Program-made: the position numbers and the translations under genes | Notes under the pieces: model-generated | The model's database searches: none | What the model saw: the letters and a program-made list of their open reading frames with translations, nothing else | What the model was told of the DNA's origin: nothing | From: a virus | DNA length: 64,000 nucleotides | IMG/VR virus record: IMGVR_UViG_3300028840_002420 | Span: 49,208-113,207 of that record | Reading direction: 5' to 3' (one strand) | Shown here: positions 46,942 through 55,945 of the stretch, piece after piece | Layout: each line of letters begins with the position of its first letter | How positions within the stretch are numbered: position 1 is the stretch's first letter

Positions 46942-47514
46942 ATGCTGCGGTTGATATTCGATGTCGATGGGGTGATCTGCAACTTCGAAGAGCACTGGAG
47001 AGTTCTCGCCGAGAATACGATCGGTCGGATTGACGATCGACAGCGGCCGGGGCATGAGCGAGATTGGTACGTGGAGGAGCGCTACGATTTGACGCCGGAA
47101 GAAGTCACGGTGATCACGAAAGCGCTCTATACGTCCAGTCCGGAATTCATGCCTGCCATCGAAGGAGCGATCGTCAATCTGCGCTGGTTGATGCGGAAGC
47201 ATGACGTTTTCTTCGCGACCACGAGCTTGGTTCCCAATCCGCTGTGGGAATATGGGCGCCGGCGATGGTTCGCGCGAGAGCTGGGAAGTGAGGCTGCGCG
47301 CCGGTTGATCTTCACGAGGTACAAGTACGTGTTGGCCGCGGATGTGTTCGTCGACGACAAGCCCCAGCATATTCAGGAATGGAGGGAGCACCGTTACCCG
47401 CTCGTTGGCCGCCATGCCCGCTCGATCTTGTTCGGTGAGATCAACGGCGATCAGGCCGACGCTACGACGTGGGAGCAGATGGTGTGGATGATCGGGCTGG
47501 TCGATGGTCAATAA
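46942..47514 (+). CDS. 5'(3')-deoxyribonucleotidase (HAD superfamily)
   Basis: FDVDGV, FFATT, K, FVDDKP motifs. Confidence 0.85.
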   Translation: MLRLIFDVDGVICNFEEHWRVLAENTIGRIDDRQRPGHERDWYVEERYDLTPEEVTVITKALYTSSPEFMPAIEGAIVNLRWLMRKHDVFFATTSLVPNPLWEYGRRRWFARELGSEAARRLIFTRYKYVLAADVFVDDKPQHIQEWREHRYPLVGRHARSILFGEINGDQADATTWEQMVWMIGLVDGQ

Positions 47515-48133
47515 GAAGATCCGGAAGCTCGTCAAGGAGGCCCAGAATAAGCGGCGTCGGTTTGTTCGCGAGTTCAACACGAAGGTGCAGAAGCGGAATC
47601 GCGGAAAGATTACGTGTGCGTCCTGCGAGCATCCGTGGTGCTGTTACCAGCTCGTGGCTGCGGGATTGTTCGAGGGGGCGATCATCGCCGATCATCTCAT
47701 GCGGACGAAGCAGGAAGAGCTGTTTGTCGCGGCTGCTCAGCAGGGGACCGAGCAGTTCGAACTGATGGCCGATCTACCGCTCGATGATGCGGAAGGCCGA
47801 TCGCTCGTTTCAGAGCAGTGGTTCGACAGCCGACAACCGTGCGCGTTTCTGAAAGAGGGGCGTTGCTCGATTTACCAGCAGCGCCCTTTGACGTGCTCGT
47901 GCTACTGGGTGATCTCTCCGGCTGCGGATTGCGGACCACCGTCCGGTAAAGATATCTGGGCGGTCAACCATACGGCGCCGGTCGGCTGGGGTATTTCGTT
48001 GGATAGCGCGTTTGCTAAGGCCGTGCTCGGTGAAGACGATCTGGTTGCTCAGATGCCGTTGGGCTACGCCGTGCGGTTGGGCTTCCGTTTGCTCACCGAA
48101 GGCGGCCGAAGCTTGAAACGAGAAACGCGATAA
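47504..48133 (+). CDS. YkgJ family Cys-cluster protein
   Basis: CASCEHPWCC...CAFL..GRCSIYQQRPLTC. Confidence 0.8.
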   Translation: MVNKKIRKLVKEAQNKRRRFVREFNTKVQKRNRGKITCASCEHPWCCYQLVAAGLFEGAIIADHLMRTKQEELFVAAAQQGTEQFELMADLPLDDAEGRSLVSEQWFDSRQPCAFLKEGRCSIYQQRPLTCSCYWVISPAADCGPPSGKDIWAVNHTAPVGWGISLDSAFAKAVLGEDDLVAQMPLGYAVRLGFRLLTEGGRSLKRETR

Positions 48134-48134
48134 G

Positions 48135-48215
48135 TGCGGATTAGGGGGGTTGACATGCGGAGTCCCTTCGATCATAGTCTAAGGAGTTCTTCGGAACGCC
48201 ACCAAGGAGACTCAG
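48135..48215 (+). promoter_or_regulatory. Class B promoter cassette
   Basis: TGCGGATTAG; TTGACA 48150-55, 17 nt, CATAGT; TGCGGAG after -35; UUCG hairpin; CCAAGGAGACTCAG RBS. Confidence 0.78.
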
Positions 48216-48956
48216 ATGCCTCAACTAGCCCTCGTAATCGCAACTCTCCTCACCATCCGCAAAGGCGCATTCGTCCGTTCCTGGAACAGCCCGTACCCTG
48301 AGCGTCGCACCCAGGAGCACTCTTGGGTCGAGGGGATCGTTGAGGACATCCGCCCCAACGATATGTTTCCGTCCACCTGCGATCACTACGTTATCCGGGT
48401 GACTGCGGATTATTGCGAGGGTCGGCGGGTGGTCGGCGAAAACAGCCTGGTTGGCCAGTATGTCTATCCGCCGGTCAACGGTGCGGAAAGCACGACGGGT
48501 CGTGTCGCCGATGGAGTCGAATATCTCGATGAGATCGATTCGACCATCTGGGGCGAGTCTCCGCAAGGCGAAGGCTACATGGCTCCGGCCGGCTATCTTA
48601 CGGTTCGCCAGATCGTTTCGGCGTTGTCCGCTCGGTTGTCCGCGGAAGACCTGATCGACGAGTACGATGCTCTGGGACTGGCCTACAAGTACGAGCGGCG
48701 CGGTCCGGACGGTCTCGAGCCTGCTCTGGATGCGGATGCAGCGCTGCCAGGACAGCCGCGGTTTGAAGTCAGCGTCAACGAGGGGGGCTCTGAGGGTCAC
48801 TACGTTCAGGTGCGGATGTTGGTCCGGGACGACAGCAAGGCCAACTACGAGTACAACCCTGACGCGTCGGAGATCATCTACACGGTCAAGACCTTCACCG
48901 GGTTCGAGGGGGCGTTCCGCATTGCGAAGCGGATCAATCAGCTTCTGGGCTGCTAA
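48216..48956 (+). CDS. Hypothetical (probable early) protein
   Basis: Strong RBS; YPPVNG and GGSEGHYV...VKTF motifs suggest two fused phage domains. Confidence 0.75.
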   Translation: MPQLALVIATLLTIRKGAFVRSWNSPYPERRTQEHSWVEGIVEDIRPNDMFPSTCDHYVIRVTADYCEGRRVVGENSLVGQYVYPPVNGAESTTGRVADGVEYLDEIDSTIWGESPQGEGYMAPAGYLTVRQIVSALSARLSAEDLIDEYDALGLAYKYERRGPDGLEPALDADAALPGQPRFEVSVNEGGSEGHYVQVRMLVRDDSKANYEYNPDASEIIYTVKTFTGFEGAFRIAKRINQLLGC

Positions 48957-48964
48957 CAGTAATC

Positions 48965-48980
48965 GGCCCCTTCGGGGGCC
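48965..48980 (+). other. GC hairpin with UUCG loop between genes
   Basis: GGCCCC-TTCG-GGGGCC, no T-tract, followed by an RBS. Confidence 0.6.
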
Positions 48981-48996
48981 AGATAGGAGACTCGAC

Positions 48997-49305
48997 ATGT
49001 GTTACTGCGGCGGATGCGAACGATGTTTGATGGCTCAAGGCTACTGGCCCGAAGAGACGTGCACGGATTGCGGCGAGGACATCAGCGGCTGCCAGTGCGA
49101 CGAGCTGGACGATCAGGCGTTGGCCGATCAGCAGGCGCTCGAGTCCTACGAGGCGGCCGGGCTGGAAGAAACTGAGGTCGTGTTTGACGAGCTGGTCGAG
49201 ATGGGGCTGGACTTGGCGGATATCGACCTGGACGAATTCCGCCTGTGGGTCGAGAGCCACGAGGCAGCTTACGCGGATGTCGACCGACTGGCGGAGGTGG
49301 CGTGA
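48997..49305 (+). CDS. Small acidic Cys-rich protein
   Basis: AGGAG RBS; CYCGGCERC...CTDC; very acidic C-terminus. Confidence 0.7.
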   Translation: MCYCGGCERCLMAQGYWPEETCTDCGEDISGCQCDELDDQALADQQALESYEAAGLEETEVVFDELVEMGLDLADIDLDEFRLWVESHEAAYADVDRLAEVA

Positions 49306-49465
49306 TGGGACAAGATCAGCTCAAGGAGATGAAACGGCGGGTCGTAGAGAGCTACAAGCGTCGGATTGAAAAGTCGAGGCAGCCGCGCGAGCGGGACGCG
49401 TTGCGGTGGCTGCTCGAAGGCGTTGACCAGGACTTCGATCGTCTTTTTGGTCTGTGGGGGAATCG

Positions 49466-49921
49466 ATGAAACGGTCAATCGGAGAGATTCACGCGAGCAA
49501 GGTCCACAAGACCAAGCGCGAGCAGCTCGTGAAGGCTTGTCTGGGGCACGGATGGACGGTCGAAGGCGACGAGGCGATTTGTCCGCGCTGCGGAGATCGT
49601 ATCCGCATCACACGGCAGGCTGCGATTACCAAGCATCGGTACGGTCAGAGCTTCCGGACGCGTGAATCTATCGAGGGCGAGCTGCAGCATCAGGAGCGCG
49701 AGCTGAATCGACTCAATGGGATCTGCAGCCACCTGCAGAACGTGGTGGACAAGGGCAAAGCAGAGCGGCGGTCGTTCGTGTGGGGTGAGAACGTCGAGAC
49801 GGCCGCTCGGGACCTTCGCTACTGCTTTCGGCCAGCGCGGAAGGAAGCGGTTGATCGGGTGAAGGATCTGAAGCGCCAGCTGCGTGACGGCTGTCACCTG
49901 GTAGACGGAGCGGAATCATGA
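49466..49921 (+). CDS. Hypothetical protein
   Basis: CPRC; coiled coil; ATGA coupling. Confidence 0.6.
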   Translation: MKRSIGEIHASKVHKTKREQLVKACLGHGWTVEGDEAICPRCGDRIRITRQAAITKHRYGQSFRTRESIEGELQHQERELNRLNGICSHLQNVVDKGKAERRSFVWGENVETAARDLRYCFRPARKEAVDRVKDLKRQLRDGCHLVDGAES

Positions 49922-50268
49922 GCGTGACTTTTTCAGCCAAGACCGACCAGACGCCGGGCTACTATTCCGAGCGCGGTCCGAGCTGCAACTTCCATAACCA
50001 TGGGGCTGCGGTCCTTCTGCGGCTGCTCGAGCTGCCTGATGAGCCGGTCGGGTTTCTGGCCAACGGTGCGATCCCGCGGGTGCGCCGGTCGATTGTGCGG
50101 CTGCTGAGTGTGCGTAAGAGCCGCCAGGCTGCCGTACAGCCGGCTGTTCAGCTCGGGCGGTGGTACACAGCGGCGCAGACCGATCAGCGCGTACAGGAGC
50201 GGCTGCGCGAGCTGGACACGGTTTTGGCCCATGCTCAGGACATCGGCGGGCACGTGGTGTGGTCATGA
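49918..50268 (+). CDS. Hypothetical protein
   Basis: NFHNHGAAVLLRLL...RLREL...VVW, phage-typical. Confidence 0.65.
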   Translation: MSVTFSAKTDQTPGYYSERGPSCNFHNHGAAVLLRLLELPDEPVGFLANGAIPRVRRSIVRLLSVRKSRQAAVQPAVQLGRWYTAAQTDQRVQERLRELDTVLAHAQDIGGHVVWS

Positions 50269-50771
50269 GCGAGTGGAAAGCGATTCCAGAGAGTCAGCAC
50301 GGTGGCGAGCGCCGGCGAGCTCCGCAGTCCGAAGATCACGGCCGGTGGGAGTACCGCTATCCGGCCGGGCCGAAACAGACGGCGCTGTTCGCGGCTGAAG
50401 CTGTCAGGCCGGACACGCCAACTGTCAGGCCTGACAAACCGCGGCGGAGGGCTGCCCAGTTGCTGCTGTTCCCGCAGCCCGTTCGAACGCCGGGGACACG
50501 GGTGGACTGGTTGACGGCCGCGGAGTGGCTGGCCGGCTGGCGGGAAATCAGGGGGCGGAAGATCAGCTCGCAGCGGTACCGCCAAGAACGTGCTCATTTG
50601 GATGAGCTGCTGGCCCACAGGGCTGTTATCGAGTCGGAGCGGGACATTGCGGTGCTCGAGCAGCTCCAGGCCGTCCTGAAGGACGAGAGGCCTACCAGAG
50701 GGCGACGAGACGGTCATCCAACGACGCAGCTGCTGTGCTGGACCAACAACCGGTTGAACAAGCTCCGGTAG
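50265..50771 (+). CDS. Hypothetical protein
   Basis: ATGA coupling; last gene before the convergent minus-strand gene. Confidence 0.6.
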   Translation: MSEWKAIPESQHGGERRRAPQSEDHGRWEYRYPAGPKQTALFAAEAVRPDTPTVRPDKPRRRAAQLLLFPQPVRTPGTRVDWLTAAEWLAGWREIRGRKISSQRYRQERAHLDELLAHRAVIESERDIAVLEQLQAVLKDERPTRGRRDGHPTTQLLCWTNNRLNKLR

Positions 50772-50867
50772 GTCTGCTACGGTTGCTGCAGCGAACGAGA
50801 TGGACTGCTGGATCTCATAACTAGCCTTCGCGAGACCAAGCGACACAACACCGAGCCGATAAGGGAG

Positions 50868-50893
50868 GCGCCAGAGCCGCGGTGCTCTGGTGT
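50868..50893. terminator. Hairpin between convergent genes
   Basis: GCGCCAGAGC/GCTCTGGTGT stem next to the stop of the minus-strand gene. Confidence 0.4.
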
Positions 50894-50895
50894 GT

Positions 50896-51489
50896 CTACA
50901 GGTCGCCTTCGTCGAGGATCGTATAGGTGAATTTCGGGCCGTATTTGTCCGCGGAGCGGTAGGCCAAGTCCATCATCGAGCGCTGCTCGTTGCGGACGGC
51001 GAAGACCTGGCAGCCGGCCGAAGCGCTTTTGTTGAGGTCGGCGACATCCGCGGACGTGGTGTCGTGGAGGTTGATCCCGTACCAACCCTCGATTCCTTCG
51101 TCCTGTCCCCAGTCCAGCTGCTTGTCGCGGTTGTTGTCGCGCCAGACCTTGACGGGGGCTCCGTGTTGGACCAGGGCAGGGCGGCCCTTGTGTTTGCCGA
51201 TGATGTAGGCTCCGCGGCATTGCTGCGGGCTGGCGAGGATGGCAGCGCCGGCCTCGTTGATGGGCTTTTCGAGCAGACGTTCGGCGGGATCGGTTGTGAT
51301 GGACCACATGTGGGCTCGCCAGATGTCGTTGACCCGATAGAGACAAAACATCAGGTCATCGAAGTACCCAGCTCGACGGCGATCGGCTCGAACGCCGATC
51401 AAGTTGAGGTTGTAATCGCCGGCCTGAAAGAAAGCGAAGCCTTTCCGGGCGAGTGCGGCGCCGAATGAGTGAACGAGTTGCTGGATCAT
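50896..51489 (-). CDS. Putative endolysin, L,D-transpeptidase (YkuD)-like catalytic motif
   Basis: NLIGVR...FDD...TTDP...GKHKG..ALVQ...VWRDNN...GINLH...SAGCQV; AGGAG RBS on the minus strand. Confidence 0.65.
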   Translation of the reverse strand: MIQQLVHSFGAALARKGFAFFQAGDYNLNLIGVRADRRRAGYFDDLMFCLYRVNDIWRAHMWSITTDPAERLLEKPINEAGAAILASPQQCRGAYIIGKHKGRPALVQHGAPVKVWRDNNRDKQLDWGQDEGIEGWYGINLHDTTSADVADLNKSASAGCQVFAVRNEQRSMMDLAYRSADKYGPKFTYTILDEGDL

Positions 51490-51566
51490 GTCGGAATCTC
51501 CTGTGAAGGTGCCTTCAAGATACCACTGACTAGCGACGGACGCGCGGCTCTGATACCTTGGGCGTA

Positions 51567-52130
51567 ATGGGGGATACGTTGCCGCTGCCGAGTGCCAAAC
51601 CTCAGACGTGGGTCGACGACAGAGACCACCTGGAATCCTTCGCGAAGTCGTTCGATCCTTCCGCCAGGCTGGCAGTCAAGCGGTCGTGGTTGTGGGTGGG
51701 TGGCCTCAAGACCAATGCAACGACGTTGGGTCGGACGGTCTATATCCCTGAAGATTGGTCGGTTGGGGCTGTTGTTCGTGTGATCCCGCACGAAGTCCGC
51801 GGCCACGTGAAGCAGTTCCGTTATTGCGGGCTGGGTATCCACCCGACTCTTGGAATCTTTCCCGGAATGCTCCTGCTGTATGTGTGGGGGCTGCTGTTTC
51901 CGATCTTGTTCGCATGGGGTCGTTATCGGCTCGAGCTGCACGCGGAGACGTGGAGCTGGCGCTACCATTTACAGCAAGGTGCGTATAACGCCGAGGAGGT
52001 GCGGAAGCGGGCTGAGAGGTTCGCGAAAATCGTTGCGAGCTGGGCGTACGTCAAAGCTTGGCCGGAGCGTTGGGCGGTGTGGGGCTTCAAGCGGCGCGCA
52101 GAGAAAGTGATCCGGCAGAGTCGGCAATGA
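51567..52130 (+). CDS. Membrane-associated HExxxH metallopeptidase-like protein
   Basis: ATTLGRTVY...HEVRGHVKQ, hydrophobic segment, downstream ELHA. Confidence 0.6.
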   Translation: MGDTLPLPSAKPQTWVDDRDHLESFAKSFDPSARLAVKRSWLWVGGLKTNATTLGRTVYIPEDWSVGAVVRVIPHEVRGHVKQFRYCGLGIHPTLGIFPGMLLLYVWGLLFPILFAWGRYRLELHAETWSWRYHLQQGAYNAEEVRKRAERFAKIVASWAYVKAWPERWAVWGFKRRAEKVIRQSRQ

Positions 52131-52750
52131 CGAAAGGGCCAAAGGTCGCGTTCAGCATGATGGGAAGCTCAAATGGGGGCTCCAACGGAGATGAGCCCCG
52201 AAGCAGGAAAAAGAATCCGACGCCAGCAACGGTGCGTGTGACGACAGGTTTGGGGCACAAGGTGGTGAAGCCGGAGCGAGAGATGCAGCCAGAAGACCTA
52301 TCCCAGCCGGCTATCGCGACCGTCGAAGCGATCGACTGGAAACAGCAGCCTGCGATTCCAGCGAACAAGATCGATTGGCAGGGGCAGGGCGAGCCGCTGA
52401 TGGTTCGGCCGACGTTTGGGACATTGATGGCGATCGTCACGGCAGCGGTCAGTGTCGTGGGAGCTGGGGCGTTTTTCTATTGGGGGGTGCGTACGCACGT
52501 CAGCGACCAGAGAATCCATCTGAAGCCGAACGGAACGCTTCCAGAGCTGCTATCGGAGCGATACGAGACGCGGACAGAGGCGAAGGCCGCTCGAGCGAAG
52601 CTCGCGGCTCAGGTTGGCGGCAAGGTCGAAAAGGTCGGGACTCGGGTCGACAAGCTGGATAATCGGCTCAAGAAGATGCAGCAGACGCAGGACCGCGATA
52701 TGCGGCGAGTTCTGCGCGCTATCAAAGGTGCCCCAGCGTACAAACCTTGA
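52127..52750 (+). CDS. Single-pass membrane protein with coiled coil (lysis-associated candidate)
   Basis: TM segment TLMAIVTAAVSVVGAGAFFYW then heptad repeats. Confidence 0.6.
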   Translation: MTKGPKVAFSMMGSSNGGSNGDEPRSRKKNPTPATVRVTTGLGHKVVKPEREMQPEDLSQPAIATVEAIDWKQQPAIPANKIDWQGQGEPLMVRPTFGTLMAIVTAAVSVVGAGAFFYWGVRTHVSDQRIHLKPNGTLPELLSERYETRTEAKAARAKLAAQVGGKVEKVGTRVDKLDNRLKKMQQTQDRDMRRVLRAIKGAPAYKP

Positions 52751-52781
52751 TTCACTCCGCAGTTATCGGTAGTCTCTCCGA

Positions 52782-53066
52782 ATGCCGACCTATGTGTATG
52801 AATGCTCGCTGTGCGGCACAAGCCGAGACCACTACCGCAAGATAGCCGATCGCTTTGATAAGCCGGATTGCGAGCAGTGCGGAGGCGAGGCCTGCGGCGA
52901 GCTGGTGATTGGACGAACCAACTACCACGGTGAGCGGGTCGTGGGGGACAAGCGGATCATCCGAGACGAGCGGGAGGTCATCGCCGAGCGTGGCGAGCGC
53001 TGGCGGGACGAAGGGACGACGGGCAAAGAAGGCGGAGCCGGAAAGAAGATCTATGGGCACGGGTGA
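52782..53066 (+). CDS. FmdB-family zinc-ribbon protein
   Basis: MPTYVYECSLCG...CEQCG. Confidence 0.8.
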   Translation: MPTYVYECSLCGTSRDHYRKIADRFDKPDCEQCGGEACGELVIGRTNYHGERVVGDKRIIRDEREVIAERGERWRDEGTTGKEGGAGKKIYGHG

Positions 53067-53163
53067 TCGCTGGCTTCCGATAGTTCGTACCAGTCCGAGC
53101 GGCAAGGCGCTGTTCGTGTGCTTGCTGCAGATTTTCAAGCTCCGCGGACCAACGGTGTGAGGC

Positions 53164-53640
53164 GTGAAAGCGATCATTGCGGCGATTCTGTGGTTGGCTC
53201 CGCACGTTGGACAGCAGCGGGCGGAGGTCTATGCGGAGCTGATTGCGGACGCGGGTGCGTGCTATCGGATCGCTCCGCTGCTGATTGTCGCCAAGATCCA
53301 GCTCGAGACGCGCGGTAGCTGGCGAGAAAACGCGGTCAGTCCGACGGACGACTACGGGCTGGCTCAGCTGCACGTTTCCGCAACGACACATGCGGAATAT
53401 CGAGGGCTCGAGCATCTGCTGTTCGAGCCGGACCGCAATATCTGGATGGCTGCGCGACTGCTGCGCTACTGGCAGAGCTACCACGATCGGCATTGTTTGC
53501 GGACGGGCCGTGAGGACCACCCGTGGTGGGCGCACTACCAGTGGGGGAACAAGGTGCGGAATTTGAGGTCTGCGCGCCGTGTCGGGCGGTTGTATCGGGA
53601 GCTGGTGCGGAAATTCCGCAGAGGGATTCCGCAGTCATGA
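53164..53640 (+). CDS. Lytic transglycosylase (SLT-like) with signal peptide
   Basis: IAPLLIVAKIQLET, DYGLAQL, LFEPDRNI..AARLL, AHYQWG. Confidence 0.8.
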   Translation: MKAIIAAILWLAPHVGQQRAEVYAELIADAGACYRIAPLLIVAKIQLETRGSWRENAVSPTDDYGLAQLHVSATTHAEYRGLEHLLFEPDRNIWMAARLLRYWQSYHDRHCLRTGREDHPWWAHYQWGNKVRNLRSARRVGRLYRELVRKFRRGIPQS

Positions 53641-53843
53641 GGCCGCACGAAGGTGATCCGTGCGTTCATTGCGGAATTCCGCACGATGAGGTGCCGGTGG
53701 GGTCGTGTCCAGGCTGTCCGGAGTGCGGTGGGCGCGGCTACTATCCCGAACCACACGGACCTGAAGATCCGTGGGGTGTGCAGGACGTGCGGGAACGCTA
53801 TTGTAGCTGTCCGGCCGGTAAGCGGCTGAAGGAGGCCGAGTGA
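53637..53843 (+). CDS. Small zinc-finger protein
   Basis: CVHC, CPECGGRG, CSC; coupled to terminase start. Confidence 0.55.
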   Translation: MRPHEGDPCVHCGIPHDEVPVGSCPGCPECGGRGYYPEPHGPEDPWGVQDVRERYCSCPAGKRLKEAE

Positions 53844-55945
53844 TTCCGCGGACGCCGGTCCTTGGCAAACTGCCGACGCTGCTGCTGCGGAATGTGAAGC
53901 CGCCTCCGACACCGGTGATCGATGGGACACCCGTCCGCACGGTCTCCAGTATGCTCGATCATGGATTCACGGACGAAGAGCTGGAGGCTGTTGTCGAGCT
54001 GGCCAGTGTGGCGCCGGAGTCCGATCCCGCGTGGTCCGCAGCCTATCCTGAAGTGCTCAAGTCGAGCTGTGCGTACTTTGCGAGCGAGGTGCTCCGCGGT
54101 CCTTCAAAGGAGCCGTACAATGGTAAGTTTCTGCTCGGGCGCCATCATATCGAGTGGGATGAGCTGATCGCGACGCAGCAGCGGATCAACATCCTGGCCG
54201 CTCGTGACCACGGCAAGAGCTATTTTTTCACGTTTGCCTATCCCATCTGGAAAGCCGGGTTCAACGCTCCGGGCTCCGAAGGCTACATCTTTTCCGCAAC
54301 CGAAGATCAGGCCGTGGCCTTCTTGACGATGATCAAGGAGGAGATCGAGAAGAATCAGAAGCTGCAGCACTTGTTGCCGATCGGTACGGTCCGCAGCAAG
54401 CCGGGGATCTGGAGCCGGACTCAAATCACGTTGCGGAATGGCTCGGTCATCAAAGCTCGAGGGTTTGGGACCAAGGTCCGCGGCGGTCACCCCGATTGGG
54501 TGATCTGCGATGACGTGCTCAACGATGACGATATCTACTCTGACCTGATTCGTCAGCGGAACATCGACTACTTCCTGTCCGCAATCTCGGGCATGGTCCA
54601 TCCGACTGACCAGTTGATCGTGGTTGGAACGCCGATGCACGAGATGGACTTGTACGGGGTGCTTGCGAACACCGAGCAGGTTCTAAAGATTGCTGGCGAC
54701 GTGTCCAAAGAGGACCTGCAGGGCTACGTCTACGAGTGCCGGAAATACCCGTGCAAGGATCCGGAGACGGGCGAGCTGCTCTTTCCAGAGCGCTACGATG
54801 AGAAGGCGCTCAAGCTCAAACGCATCGAGCTCAAGACGGCGGCCAGATTTGCGCGGGAGTTTCTGTGCGAGCCGCTGTCTGATGAGGCCTCGCTGTTTCC
54901 GGCGAAGCTGTTCCGCCAGGATGGAATGCGTCAGCCATACGTGCTCGGGCTTCCCGCGGGTTATTGGGAGAAGCAAGGCTGTTTGCGCTACACGGGAGTG
55001 GACATCGCTCTGTCTGCGGAAACGGGTGCGGACTACTTCGTCATCTTCACGGTCGCGGTCGATCCCAGGGGCAACCGTTGGTTGGCCAATCTGATCCGAC
55101 ACAAGGGTCTCGCATTCCACGAGCAAATCGAGCTGATCAAAGAAGAGAATCTGTTGATGCGGCCGGAGATCATCCACATTGAGGCCAACCAGGCGCAGCG
55201 GGTCTGGACCGATGAGGTGGCACGGACAAGCGATGCTCAGGTGCGGCGGTTCTTCACCACGGGTATCGGTGGGCGTCAGCCGGACAACGCGTGGAAGAAA
55301 GGGGCGACACAGGTCGCGGTTAACAAGCATCACATCGATCGCGGTGTGCCAGCTCTGCGGCTGTCGCTCGAGCACAACAAGTGGAAGATCCCGCGCGGCG
55401 ACGATAACAGCATCGAGCAGACCAACGTCTGGATCAAGGAGATGGGCTGTATCGGTTGGATCGACGGCAAGGTGCAGACGGTTGCTGGCCACGATGACAC
55501 GGTGATGGCGTGTTGGATGTGCGACACAGCGGTTCGGATGGGAGGTGTCGATCTGAGCTATATCGACCACGAAGACGAGCAATCCAAAGATGTGCTGGCA
55601 TCTCCGGTGGTTTCCACGAAGGAAATGCCCGAGCACGACTTTTTGGTTGCGGAACGGCGGGCGTTGGCGGCTGTTCAGCAGGGACGGCGCGTTGTCGATG
55701 TGACTGCGGACGCGTACGAGTCGCGGGTACGTGCGGCAATAAAGGCTTATGCCTCTGATAGTTACGACCAGGATGAATACGCGCGGGCAGCGCGTGCACT
55801 CCAAGAGATCAAGCGTCTGGACGCAGCTTTCGGAGTCCGCAGTGCGGACTTCCCAGTTGGCAACGAAGGCTCAGACGGGTATGTTGAGAGCGATGATTCA
55901 CAGGGTGAAGGCGCTCCTTCATTTGAAGATCTCGGAGTGATTTAA
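53840..55945 (+). CDS. terL: Terminase large subunit
   Basis: Walker A AARDHGKS, VRGGHPD, Walker B ICDD, VGTP, FAREFLC, nuclease GVDIA, IEANQAQ, HDDTVMA. Confidence 0.93.
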   Translation: MIPRTPVLGKLPTLLLRNVKPPPTPVIDGTPVRTVSSMLDHGFTDEELEAVVELASVAPESDPAWSAAYPEVLKSSCAYFASEVLRGPSKEPYNGKFLLGRHHIEWDELIATQQRINILAARDHGKSYFFTFAYPIWKAGFNAPGSEGYIFSATEDQAVAFLTMIKEEIEKNQKLQHLLPIGTVRSKPGIWSRTQITLRNGSVIKARGFGTKVRGGHPDWVICDDVLNDDDIYSDLIRQRNIDYFLSAISGMVHPTDQLIVVGTPMHEMDLYGVLANTEQVLKIAGDVSKEDLQGYVYECRKYPCKDPETGELLFPERYDEKALKLKRIELKTAARFAREFLCEPLSDEASLFPAKLFRQDGMRQPYVLGLPAGYWEKQGCLRYTGVDIALSAETGADYFVIFTVAVDPRGNRWLANLIRHKGLAFHEQIELIKEENLLMRPEIIHIEANQAQRVWTDEVARTSDAQVRRFFTTGIGGRQPDNAWKKGATQVAVNKHHIDRGVPALRLSLEHNKWKIPRGDDNSIEQTNVWIKEMGCIGWIDGKVQTVAGHDDTVMACWMCDTAVRMGGVDLSYIDHEDEQSKDVLASPVVSTKEMPEHDFLVAERRALAAVQQGRRVVDVTADAYESRVRAAIKAYASDSYDQDEYARAARALQEIKRLDAAFGVRSADFPVGNEGSDGYVESDDSQGEGAPSFEDLGVI

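Noticed and set aside
50890-51468. 192-aa plus-strand ORF
   Set aside because: Antisense to the minus-strand gene, which has an RBS and conserved enzyme motifs
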